From contig CAUJDC010000055.1 in NCBI GenBank assembly GCA_963169815.1, positions 1-52,234 on the forward strand: DNA of 52,234 nt, given 5' to 3'. A model generated the notes under the pieces. The model ran no database searches. It worked only from the letters and a program-made list of their open reading frames with translations, and was not told the DNA's origin. Source of the DNA: Patescibacteria group bacterium (lineage in GTDB: Bacteria; Patescibacteriota; Gracilibacteria; UBA1369). Below are positions 35,148 to 43,332 of this stretch, piece by piece (the stretch's first letter is position 1; each line of letters begins with the position of its first letter). Position numbers and translations under genes: made by a program.

Positions 35148-36371
35148 ATGAAAAAAAGTACTAGAATCGCGAGTTATTTAGCAATTTTTGGAGTAGTTTT
35201 TGCTACAGGTTTATTGATTGGTAATTCTTTGCCAACTCACAGTTTAAGCAGCACACAACAAGAAACTAGCGTTTTAAATAATTTATTTAATGGCAAGCCA
35301 GTTGAAGATTTAAATTTAAGAACTTTCTGGCAGGTAAGAGAACTTCTCAAAAATAAATACATCCACACTGATAAAATGGTGGATGTAAAACTTGGCTATG
35401 GTGCTGTGAAAGGAATGGTTTCCGCACTTGATGATCCATACACAGAATTCATGGATCCGGACGAAACGATTGAGTTCAATGAAAGTTTGAATAATGAATT
35501 GGAGGGTATTGGAGCTGAGATGACAGTAAGAAATCAGGCTCTAACTGTAGTGCAGACTCTGAAAGGTTCACCTGCCCAAAAAGCTGGTCTGCTTCCTGAT
35601 GATATTGTTTATAAAATTGATGGTGAAGAAACAGGTGAGATGACACTTTACGATGCCATTAACAAAATTCGTGGAAAGAAAGGAACTTCAGTGACACTGA
35701 CTTTGATTCGTGAAGGTAAGGATAAACCTTTTGATTTGGAAATTGCCCGCGATACGATTGCAGTTGATAGCGTGACTTATGAAGAGAGCGCTGAAAAAGG
35801 TATTTGGTTGGTGGCAATTAATCAATTCAGCGATGACACGAAAATGGAATTTAATAAAGCATTGAATGACATCAAAACCAAGAATCCAAAAGGGATTATT
35901 CTGGATTTGAGATATAATGGAGGTGGCTATCTGGAAGGGGCCGTAGACGTACTATCTGGTTTTATTAAAGGAGAAAAACAGGTGGTATCAATTGAATATA
36001 GAGATGCTAAAAACAATGAAAAATTGAAAACTACTGGACTTCCTCAATTTCCAGAAATACCTTTGGTAGTTTTGGTCAATAAAGGAACGGCCTCTGCTTC
36101 AGAAATCGTGGCCTTGGCCATTAAAGATATGAAGCGTGGAGTGATTATGGGGACAACCAGCTATGGAAAGGGAACTGTTCAGGAAGTTGACCCATTGCCG
36201 GACGGTTCAAGCCTGCGCTACACCATTGCTAAATGGTATTCACCAAATGGCACAAATATTAATGGAGTTGGCATAGTTCCTGATCAGGTGATTGAAGTTA
36301 AGGATGAAGATTTCGATAAGAAATTTGATCGCCAATTGGATGAGGCAGTTAAATATCTAAAAAATCTTTAA
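35148..36371 (+). CDS. Carboxy-terminal processing protease (peptidase S41, PDZ domain)
   Basis: N-terminal anchor, a PDZ segment (GSPAQKAGLLPDDIVYKIDG), DLRYNGGGYLEGAV, catalytic Ser in VLVNKGTASASEIVA and Lys in TSYGKGTVQ. Confidence 0.88.
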   Translation: MKKSTRIASYLAIFGVVFATGLLIGNSLPTHSLSSTQQETSVLNNLFNGKPVEDLNLRTFWQVRELLKNKYIHTDKMVDVKLGYGAVKGMVSALDDPYTEFMDPDETIEFNESLNNELEGIGAEMTVRNQALTVVQTLKGSPAQKAGLLPDDIVYKIDGEETGEMTLYDAINKIRGKKGTSVTLTLIREGKDKPFDLEIARDTIAVDSVTYEESAEKGIWLVAINQFSDDTKMEFNKALNDIKTKNPKGIILDLRYNGGGYLEGAVDVLSGFIKGEKQVVSIEYRDAKNNEKLKTTGLPQFPEIPLVVLVNKGTASASEIVALAIKDMKRGVIMGTTSYGKGTVQEVDPLPDGSSLRYTIAKWYSPNGTNINGVGIVPDQVIEVKDEDFDKKFDRQLDEAVKYLKNL

Positions 36372-36685
36372 TAGCTAAGTCGATAACCAACACCGCGAAT
36401 TGTTTCGATGCGAACTTTTTTGCTGAGGCGATGAACTTTGCGGCGCAGTGAACTGAGATGAACTTCTAGGGTATTACTGGGATTGATAACTTGGAAATCC
36501 CATACTAATTCCTGCAAGGCGTATTTGTTGATGACTTGATTAGGATAATTTTGCAGTATGCGCAGTAACTGGGCTTCTTTGCGGCGAATTGAGTGCTCGG
36601 CAGCACCTCCATTGATGGTCAATTGATTGAGGTCAATGGCGAGGTCAGCTATGCGAATTTGAGACGAATGGACATTTACTGGCAT
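36368..36685 (-). CDS. Stand-alone OmpR/PhoB-type winged-helix DNA-binding domain protein (no receiver domain)
   Basis: 105 aa matching only the Trans_reg_C effector domain: IRRKEAQLLRIL...ALQELVWD...NTLEVHLSSLRRKV...IETIRGVGYRL. Confidence 0.7.
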   Translation of the reverse strand: MPVNVHSSQIRIADLAIDLNQLTINGGAAEHSIRRKEAQLLRILQNYPNQVINKYALQELVWDFQVINPSNTLEVHLSSLRRKVHRLSKKVRIETIRGVGYRLSY

Positions 36686-36759
36686 ATTTGTATTTGATTA
36701 GAATAAATATATTTAAATCAACTCTTATAAATTGAGCCTTAGAAAAAACTAAATTTTTC

Positions 36760-36788
36760 TTGAAGTTAAGCAAGAGTTCGGTTAATAT
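36760..36788 (+). promoter_or_regulatory. Candidate promoter of tRNA-Ser(TGA)
   Basis: TTGAAG (36760-36765), a 17-nt spacer, then TAATAT (36783-36788), 40 nt upstream of the mature tRNA 5-prime end. Confidence 0.45.
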
Positions 36789-36827
36789 GCCCACGCTTTT
36801 CGACCTATAAGACTGTTTTAAGCCCGC

Positions 36828-36917
36828 GGAGGGATGGCAGAGTGGTCGAACGCGGCGGTCTTGAAAACCGTTAGGGGCGCAAGTTCCTCGGGGGTTCGAA
36901 TCCCTCTCCCTCCGCCA
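36828..36917 (+). tRNA. tRNA-Ser (anticodon TGA)
   Basis: 90-nt class II tRNA: acceptor GGAGGGA/TCCCTCC, anticodon stem GCGGT/ACCGT with loop CTTGAAA, a long variable arm, T-loop TTCGAAT. CCA is encoded. Confidence 0.9.
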
Positions 36918-36994
36918 TTTTTAGGAATCAAAAAACCCATTTCTGAAGACTTTTTCAAAAATGGGTTTCGACATATCTGTAGATTATACCATTT

Positions 36995-37021
36995 AAAATC
37001 CAATTCTCAAAATTGGATTTT
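36995..37021. terminator. Bidirectional intrinsic terminator hairpin between tRNA-Ser(+) and the convergent gene 37034..37558(-)
   Basis: Perfect 11-bp stem AAAATCCAATT / AATTGGATTTT with a 5-nt loop. A/T runs form part of both arms. A second weaker hairpin (AAACCCATTT...AAATGGGTTT) lies at 36933-36968. Confidence 0.55.
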
Positions 37022-37033
37022 AACAAGCTGAGG

Positions 37034-37558
37034 CTATTTTCCTATTAAAACCGCTGGCACATAGCTATCTGGGGCATTTTCAACTTCTTCAGAGGTTGGA
37101 GGGATGGAATCTGACTTGTCTGCTACCTGAGTAATTGCCCAGGTATGCTGAGGATAAAATTGAGCGTATGGATGAGTTTTTAGATCTAATTTTGCTGGAT
37201 CAGCAATTAGACTCAGTTTTGCAATTTTGACGCGTACTCCATTATGAACATTAGCTACCTCTGGGTTGAGCATGATGGTGAAGAAATTTTTTGTAACTAT
37301 TGCCTCAGCTATTTCTCTACCTTCTGTTCTTACAGGCTGATCAAACTTGATGGTGTGATGATTGCTAATTGGCAGTGTGGCGGTACCACTAACCTCAAAC
37401 TCTGGCGCATAAATATCGGTATCAAAAGGTTTAGTTTTTTTTACTGGTTGTGACTCTTGTTCAGTTGGGGAAGCACTTAAACTCATTGCCATGTTATTTA
37501 CAATAATTAAAATACAAATAGACGCGTGAAAATATAGTAGCTTTGTATTTTTTTGCAA
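37034..37558 (-). CDS. Hypothetical secreted/anchored protein
   Basis: 174-aa ORF with an N-terminal hydrophobic segment (ICILIIVNNMAMSLSASP). No recognizable family. Confidence 0.5.
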   Translation of the reverse strand: MQKNTKLLYFHASICILIIVNNMAMSLSASPTEQESQPVKKTKPFDTDIYAPEFEVSGTATLPISNHHTIKFDQPVRTEGREIAEAIVTKNFFTIMLNPEVANVHNGVRVKIAKLSLIADPAKLDLKTHPYAQFYPQHTWAITQVADKSDSIPPTSEEVENAPDSYVPAVLIGK

Positions 37559-37634
37559 TAAAAATTTAGCTGCTTAAATTATCAGATGCTGTTGTATTAG
37601 CGTAATGATTTTAGAAAAAAGTGGGGGAAATATT

Positions 37635-37663
37635 TTGCATTTTAAAAATGTTCATATTAGAAT
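37635..37663 (+). promoter_or_regulatory. Candidate promoter of the tRNA-Ser(GCT)/tRNA-Cys pair
   Basis: TTGCAT (37635-37640), a 17-nt spacer, then TAGAAT (37658-37663), 15 nt upstream of the tRNA-Ser 5-prime end. Confidence 0.5.
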
Positions 37664-37678
37664 GCCGTGGCATTATAC

Positions 37679-37771
37679 GGAGAGGTACCCAAGTGGCTGA
37701 AGGGGCGGGATTGCTAATCCTGTAGGAGGGTGTATGCCCTCGCGAGAGTTCGAATCTCTCTCTCTCCGCCA
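37679..37771 (+). tRNA. tRNA-Ser (anticodon GCT)
   Basis: 93-nt class II tRNA: acceptor GGAGAGG/TCTCTCC, anticodon stem CGGGA/TCCTG with loop TTGCTAA, a long variable arm, T-arm GAGAG-TTCGAAT-CTCTC. CCA is encoded. Confidence 0.9.
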
Positions 37772-37780
37772 TAAATTTGA

Positions 37781-37855
37781 GGCGGTATAGCCAAGTGGTA
37801 AGGCAGCGGTTTGCAAAACCGCCATTCCCCGGTTCGATCCCGGGTGCCGCCTCCA
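37781..37855 (+). tRNA. tRNA-Cys (anticodon GCA)
   Basis: 75 nt: acceptor GGCGGTA/TGCCGCC, anticodon stem GCGGT/ACCGC with loop TTGCAAA, T-arm CCCGG-TTCGATC-CCGGG. CCA is encoded. Confidence 0.9.
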
Positions 37856-37887
37856 AATTTTCAATTAAAGAAAGCTAATTTCTAATT

Positions 37888-37905
37888 GCCCTTTGAGGGG
37901 CTTTT
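37888..37905 (+). terminator. Small hairpin plus T-run after the tRNA pair
   Basis: GCCCT-ttg-AGGGGC followed by TTTT. A TTGCCC-16-TATAAT promoter-like pair (37886-37913) for the next gene overlaps it. Confidence 0.35.
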
Positions 37906-37950
37906 GTTATAATCCACTCAACCTAATAAATTTTAAAATTTAATTTCATT

Positions 37951-38808
37951 ATGGAACATACAAATAAAACACCTGATGCGAATGAAATGATCAAACAAAT
38001 GCAAATGATCAAATTCGGAGGTGTGTTCAACGCTGCCCTCGATGTGATCAAAAAAGAACCAGTTATGTTAATTGCAATATTCTTGGCTCCAATGATAGTC
38101 ACTGGTCTTTTGGATGCTTATGTTTGGCCATTGGCACTCACCCCGCTTGCCGCTCAACCAATTGTTATGGCGGTTTTATCAGTGGTTTTCGCCGTAGTCG
38201 ATGTGCTCATTGGTTTCTTTGGTTTTAGTATGCTGATACACGCTGTAGCAAAAGTATTTGGCGGTCACAAGATTGATCCTATGGCTACTTTCAACTTTGT
38301 AAAAACTCATTTTGTAAATGCAATTAAACTTGCTATCAAGATGTTTGTATTTACCGGTGCCTGGTTGATACTCGCATACTTTGTAGCGGTGATTGTCCTT
38401 CTCCCAATTGTTCCAGCTGTGGCCGGATTACTCGGTATGCTTTCTCCAATCGCTTTAATCGTTTATATTATTGTGTTTTTCAAGAAAATCATGCAGGCTT
38501 CAATGGGCTACGCAGTTTATTGGTCTGCTGATAAGCCAGCTGCAGAAGCTGCATTAAAGAGAAGTATTGAGCTCGGTACTGGTATTGAAATGACTCTTTT
38601 CGGTAACTACTTCTTGATGGGCTTGATAGGCGGTGTAGTAACTATGCTTCTCTCTGGAATCCTTGCTGCTGTCCTTGGTGTATTGGGCAAAGGTGCTCTA
38701 GCTATTGCTGCTGCTGCCGCTTCTGGTGTGGTAGGTGCTTTCTATGCCTCATTCCAATATTGCCTCAAAGGGCAAGTGGAGAAATTCCGTGGTGGTCATC
38801 ATGCTTAA
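37951..38808 (+). CDS. Hypothetical polytopic membrane protein
   Basis: 285-aa ORF with about 6 hydrophobic helices. No catalytic motif recognized. Confidence 0.6.
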   Translation: MEHTNKTPDANEMIKQMQMIKFGGVFNAALDVIKKEPVMLIAIFLAPMIVTGLLDAYVWPLALTPLAAQPIVMAVLSVVFAVVDVLIGFFGFSMLIHAVAKVFGGHKIDPMATFNFVKTHFVNAIKLAIKMFVFTGAWLILAYFVAVIVLLPIVPAVAGLLGMLSPIALIVYIIVFFKKIMQASMGYAVYWSADKPAAEAALKRSIELGTGIEMTLFGNYFLMGLIGGVVTMLLSGILAAVLGVLGKGALAIAAAAASGVVGAFYASFQYCLKGQVEKFRGGHHA

Positions 38809-38823
38809 TTTGAAATGATAAAT

Positions 38824-38854
38824 AAAAAGACCGCTCCGAGGAGCGGTCTTTTTT
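38824..38854. terminator. Bidirectional rho-independent terminator
   Basis: AAAAA-GACCGCTCC-ga-GGAGCGGTC-TTTTTT sits between the convergent genes ending at 38808(+) and 38872(-). Confidence 0.75.
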
Positions 38855-38871
38855 GTTGTGCTGGCAAAGCC

Positions 38872-41424
38872 TTACATCCTCTCAAAAGTCACAATGCCGA
38901 GTAACTGCAAGCCATTTTGCAGTACCTGGGAGGTAGCGCGGACTAAGTTTAGGCGAGATTCGAGTAGATCTGGGCGCTCTGTTTTGAGTACTGGAACGTG
39001 AGAGTAGAAAGAATTGAAGGTTTGAGCCAGAGAATGGAGGTAATTGCTGAGGACATTTGGCTTATAATTTTGAGCTGCAAAGAGGATTTTGTCTGGGAAA
39101 TGGGCTAATTCGCGGAGCAAGTCGTGTTCAGCCGTTAAACCGTAAATTGTAGCCTCTGCTTCAGCCGCTGCGGATTCGGCGGCGGATTTTTCAGCTTCTA
39201 TATTGAATAGTGAAGTTTGATCAGTTGACTGAGCGACAGTTGGAGCTTCGTTGGATTTGCGCAGGATGCTCTTGGCGCGGGCCTGAGTATATTGGAGATA
39301 TGGGGCGCTATTGCCTTCAAAAGAAAGTACTTTATCCCAATCAAAAATGAAATCAGATTCGGGAGCCTGAGCGAGCATGGCGTATTTTATAGAGCCAAGA
39401 GTGAGGCCCTGAGTGAGGTTCTTGAGCTCTGCTTCGCTGAAGTCATTATTAGTGCCTAATTTTTCTTTAACGAGCTCTTCGGAACGGCGGTAGCCTTCAG
39501 TTATTAAATCGCGCCCCTGAATGATATTACCCTTACGTGTGCTCATAGAAGCGTCGGCAAAAGACATGCGTCCATAGGAAATATGCTTGAATTCAGTTAC
39601 TGGGAAAGTGTTGTCTTTGGCATGGAATTGATTGGCCAAAGCAAAGAGTTGCTGGAAGTGTAGCGATTGACCTGCGTCAACAACATAGACCATTTTTTTG
39701 AGTTCAGGCATTTCAGTGAGACGATCTTTGATGCTGGCCAAATCGCGAGTCATATATAGTGACGTGCCGTCAGCTTTTTGAATTACTGCTGTTGGAAGTT
39801 TTTCGGCTTCGAAGTTGGCGACAAAAGCACCTTTCTCACCTTCAGTGATTAGGCCAAACTGCTTGCCCTGATCGAGGATGGCCTGGAATTTGTCATTGTA
39901 TTTGCTCTCTGGATAGCGCTTTTGATGTTCAACGCCAAGAGTTCGATAAATAGTGTCGAGGTCGCGTTGGCTAACAGCAATAATCCATTGCCAGAGTTCG
40001 AGATTTTCACTGTCACCTGTTTCAAGTTTGCGGAATTCTTCACGTGCGGCGTCTTCCAAAGCGGGATTTTTTTCAGCTTCCTCGTGAAATTTTACATAAA
40101 GTTTGAGGAATTCATTCATCGGGTCTTTCTCTACTGTGTCGCGATCACCCCAATTCTTATAAGCATAGAGCGTTTTGCCAAATTGTGTACCCCAGTCTCC
40201 CGGAAAATCAGCAGTGACTACTTGGAAGTTCAAAGCGCGATAGAGACTAACCAAAGTTTGGCCAATAATCGTAGTTAGGAAATGATGCGTGCCAAAAGGC
40301 TTAGCCATGTTGAGTGATCCAAATTCAATCATGATTTGTTGACCATGACCGATGTCTTGACGACCAAATTGTTCCTTCTGGACAAGGATTTGAGCGAGAA
40401 CTTTTTGATAATAATCTAGATTGAGACGGAAATTGATAAAACCAGGTCCGACTATTTCTACTGTTGTTAGTGGCCCATTTTGAGCAGTGTTGCGTTCCAG
40501 AATTTCAGTGCGAACTGCTTCAGCAATAGTCTGAGGAGCCTGACCAACCAGTTTGGTAAGTTTCATGGCCAGATTACTGGACCAATCACCATGTGATGGA
40601 TCTTTTGGGGTTTCGATATCGGCCTGGAAGTCCGCAGTCTGCTCTGGAAACAGTTTTTTAGCTGAATCGGTCAGCCATTTTTGGAGGAGATTTTGAGCTG
40701 GTTCGAAATCGCTAACTGGAGGGGAAGGAAGGGTTTCTGGTTCTGCAGATACTGGAGTTTCTTCGATTACTGGCGGTCTTTCTGGATGATTGGCACGATA
40801 AATTAATTCTTTTTCTGAAGTGTAACCTAGGTCAACCTCAGAATGTTCGGCGTCGAGATGATAAACTTCGGAGATTTGTGAGTTGAAGTATTTGCTGACA
40901 TGAACATTGATTTCTGAAATGAGGCGATCAATTTCCTCATCTGGAAGGCCGGCCAGGTTCGGGAACCAAATAGCGACGTGCTTAGTTTGGTTACTGAAAT
41001 CCAGCTCGGGCGTTTTTTTGCCTTTTTTAGGCTGATATAAATCGAGCAGTATATCTGTTTCGGTTTCATCGAGGTCGGCTCCGTGAATGGGCAGGAAATA
41101 TTTGAGCGAGAGGAGATTAACCAGATTGGTTAAATTATCTTTGCCTTCAATGTCTTTGCCATTTTGAATTTTCTTGATTTTGGCCCCGAGTACATAGCTT
41201 TCTGTGAAAATTGAGCCGTCTTCGAGCGACTGTTCAGTGACCTGGTTGAGTAGGTCTCTTTTATCGATTTTCTTTAATTCATTTTTTGCTACTACAGCGG
41301 CTCCCCTAACCAATTGGCCGAGATTAGAAATTTTACGGAGATTATTGACGTTTTTAATCAGAACAACTGTATAGTTTATTCCCGGAAAGTGCTTGATGAC
41401 ACTTGAACTAAGGCGGATTTTCAT
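38872..41424 (-). CDS. argS: Arginyl-tRNA synthetase with a roughly 240-aa N-terminal B3/B4-like (COG3382 / PheRS-beta-like) domain fusion
   Basis: 850 aa. Residues from about 245 onward form a complete class I ArgRS: an Arg_tRNA_synt_N-like segment (IETPKDPSHGDWSSNLAMKL), a HIGH-region variant, MSTRKG, and an anticodon-binding DALR domain ending in FERM. Residues 1 to about 215 resemble B3/B4 domains (FPGINYTVVLIKNVNN..., NLVNLLSLKYFLPIHGADLD). A Pro-rich linker joins them. There is no in-frame Met that would allow a separate ArgRS start. Confidence 0.85.
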   Translation of the reverse strand: MKIRLSSSVIKHFPGINYTVVLIKNVNNLRKISNLGQLVRGAAVVAKNELKKIDKRDLLNQVTEQSLEDGSIFTESYVLGAKIKKIQNGKDIEGKDNLTNLVNLLSLKYFLPIHGADLDETETDILLDLYQPKKGKKTPELDFSNQTKHVAIWFPNLAGLPDEEIDRLISEINVHVSKYFNSQISEVYHLDAEHSEVDLGYTSEKELIYRANHPERPPVIEETPVSAEPETLPSPPVSDFEPAQNLLQKWLTDSAKKLFPEQTADFQADIETPKDPSHGDWSSNLAMKLTKLVGQAPQTIAEAVRTEILERNTAQNGPLTTVEIVGPGFINFRLNLDYYQKVLAQILVQKEQFGRQDIGHGQQIMIEFGSLNMAKPFGTHHFLTTIIGQTLVSLYRALNFQVVTADFPGDWGTQFGKTLYAYKNWGDRDTVEKDPMNEFLKLYVKFHEEAEKNPALEDAAREEFRKLETGDSENLELWQWIIAVSQRDLDTIYRTLGVEHQKRYPESKYNDKFQAILDQGKQFGLITEGEKGAFVANFEAEKLPTAVIQKADGTSLYMTRDLASIKDRLTEMPELKKMVYVVDAGQSLHFQQLFALANQFHAKDNTFPVTEFKHISYGRMSFADASMSTRKGNIIQGRDLITEGYRRSEELVKEKLGTNNDFSEAELKNLTQGLTLGSIKYAMLAQAPESDFIFDWDKVLSFEGNSAPYLQYTQARAKSILRKSNEAPTVAQSTDQTSLFNIEAEKSAAESAAAEAEATIYGLTAEHDLLRELAHFPDKILFAAQNYKPNVLSNYLHSLAQTFNSFYSHVPVLKTERPDLLESRLNLVRATSQVLQNGLQLLGIVTFERM

Positions 41425-41617
41425 ATTTTGATGATATTTGCTTATGCCGATTATAAAGATTTTAAGCGTTTTTAAAAGGCTTATTGCTGCGCAGAAATGC
41501 TTATTTTGACATTTGAAGACTGTTTGTCAAGCATAGATACCTAGTAAATTTGGCTCACGGCCTTCTTTTTTCGGTCATTTTGTGATACAATACTAAGATT
41601 TCAATAAAAATAAATAA

Positions 41618-43177
41618 ATGGAAACCAATATGACAAAACATTTAAGATTATTTAGAGTGATGGCTCTCATGGTTATGACAACCTGTGTGGCAGCCAGTGC
41701 AGGAATGGCTTTCGCTGCTGATGAAACGCCAATCCCAGAGACAAAAACTGTGGCAGCGGCTGACGTAACCTATCCAGCTGATGTAGATGGAGTAAAGGCT
41801 GTTGCCGGCGATAAGACGGTTACTCTAAGCTGGAATACCGCGACAGATAATGTCGGTGTTACTGGTTATAAGATCTTCTATGGACCAAATTCAGTCAGCA
41901 ATGACGGTGCAAGTTATACTATGGGCCCTGTCGATGTCAAAAATGTTCTCACTTATGATGTGAAGAATTTGGAAAATGATAAGACTTATTACTTTGCGGT
42001 AACTGCTTATGATGCTGCTGGTAATGAAAGTGAATTCTACAGCACTGAAGTTAGTGCAACTCCAAAAGTTGCGGGGAGCGCTGCGGCTGATGATAAGGTC
42101 GCTCCAAAAGTTGTGAGCGCTGCGGCAGTATATAAGAATACTGTAAAAGTTACTTTCTCTGAAGCAGTACAACTTCCAGCTACTAAGCCAGAAACTGCTT
42201 TCTCAGTAAAAGAAGACTTCTTGAATCTCGCACTTGGCGTGACTAAGGCAGAAATGGACAAAGTTGATCCAACAAACAAAACAGTAGTACTAACAACAGC
42301 TGATCAAAAGAAAGCTGCTAAATATGTACTTACTGCTGGTATTCAAATGAAAGATTTAGCCGGCAATCCAATTGTGAGCGGAACTAGCGACACAGCTACT
42401 TTCACAGGTACTGACGCAGTACAAGACACTGTGAAGCCTGCCGCTGACACTACGGCTACTGACAAAACTGCTCCAGCTTTTGTTTCTGTAAAAGCCTTGG
42501 ATGGTAATAATATTGAAGTAACTTTTTCCGAACCAGTGGTATTACTCGCTGATGCAGTTAAAAACTTCATCGTTACTGACGCTGCGGACAATACAAAGAT
42601 CACTAATGTGAAAAAAGTTTCTGTATCTGGAAATGGCACAAAAATTACTTTGAACACTGACAATCTTGAAGCCAAGAAATACAATTTAATTGCTCTCAAG
42701 ATTAAGGATGTGGCAGGCAATGAATTACCTACTGAGACCAGCGCTACTACTTTTGATGGAGTAGCTCCAACAGCTACAGACAAGCCAACTACTGACACTG
42801 AAAATACAAAAGTTGCAGAAGCTGCATCTGATTTGATGGCTAAAGCAATGGCTAACATGATGGTAAACCTCTCCTGGAAGCCAAATGCTGACAAGCTCGC
42901 TGGTATGGCCAACTTTGTTGTCTATATGTCAGCTGATAAAGGCGTAACTTATGGTGACGGTGTAGTACTTGGTAAAGACGCTAAGAGCTATGACTTCTCA
43001 AGTCTCAAGGAAGATATGGTTTACTATTTCAAACTCACTACACGTGATGCCAATGGTAAAGAAAGTGAAGGTTTAATCACTTCACTCATTCTCCCAAAGA
43101 CTGGCCCAGAAATTGCTTTTCTCTTCATGGGGTCTGCTGGTCTCGGAGCCTTCTTCACCAGAAAGAAGAAGAAATAG
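41618..43177 (+). CDS. Cell-wall-anchored surface protein with a signal peptide, FN3 and Ig-like (SbsA/Big_5-type) domains, and an LPKTG sortase signal
   Basis: N-terminal signal (LMVMTTCVAASAGMAFA). FN3-like segments (VTLSWNTATDNVGVTGYKIFYG; NLSWKPNAD...YYFKLTTRDANGKESE). The C-terminus is LPKTG (43091-43105) plus a hydrophobic stretch and RKKKK. Confidence 0.85.
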   Translation: METNMTKHLRLFRVMALMVMTTCVAASAGMAFAADETPIPETKTVAAADVTYPADVDGVKAVAGDKTVTLSWNTATDNVGVTGYKIFYGPNSVSNDGASYTMGPVDVKNVLTYDVKNLENDKTYYFAVTAYDAAGNESEFYSTEVSATPKVAGSAAADDKVAPKVVSAAAVYKNTVKVTFSEAVQLPATKPETAFSVKEDFLNLALGVTKAEMDKVDPTNKTVVLTTADQKKAAKYVLTAGIQMKDLAGNPIVSGTSDTATFTGTDAVQDTVKPAADTTATDKTAPAFVSVKALDGNNIEVTFSEPVVLLADAVKNFIVTDAADNTKITNVKKVSVSGNGTKITLNTDNLEAKKYNLIALKIKDVAGNELPTETSATTFDGVAPTATDKPTTDTENTKVAEAASDLMAKAMANMMVNLSWKPNADKLAGMANFVVYMSADKGVTYGDGVVLGKDAKSYDFSSLKEDMVYYFKLTTRDANGKESEGLITSLILPKTGPEIAFLFMGSAGLGAFFTRKKKK

Positions 43178-43220
43178 ATATTGGTGAAACCCTTTGCTGG
43201 GTAACATTTTGAACATTCGA

Positions 43221-43251
43221 AAAATCTGTACAGAATTCTGTACAGATTTTT
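43221..43251. repeat. Copy 2 of the 31-nt palindromic element (AAAATCTGTACAGAATTCTGTACAGATTTTT, a perfect palindrome)
   Basis: Self-complementary over all 31 nt. It contains two adjacent copies of the 10-bp palindrome TCTGTACAGA. It lies 44 nt after the stop of the LPKTG protein gene and 82 nt before ATG 43333, and is followed by a T7 run. Confidence 0.8.
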
Positions 43252-43332
43252 TTAGTGAGTGTGGAGAGGCTGCGAAAGAGACGAGTTTGGAAATTTCAGC
43301 AGCTGTTAATCTGAGATTGATAGTCTGGCTGC

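Noticed and set aside
36818-37864. ORFs 36818..37003(-), 36834..37031(+), 37611..37856(-) and 37673..37864(-)
   Set aside because: They overlap the tRNA-Ser(TGA), tRNA-Ser(GCT) and tRNA-Cys genes, which have complete cloverleaves. The G+C-rich tRNA sequence simply lacks stops.
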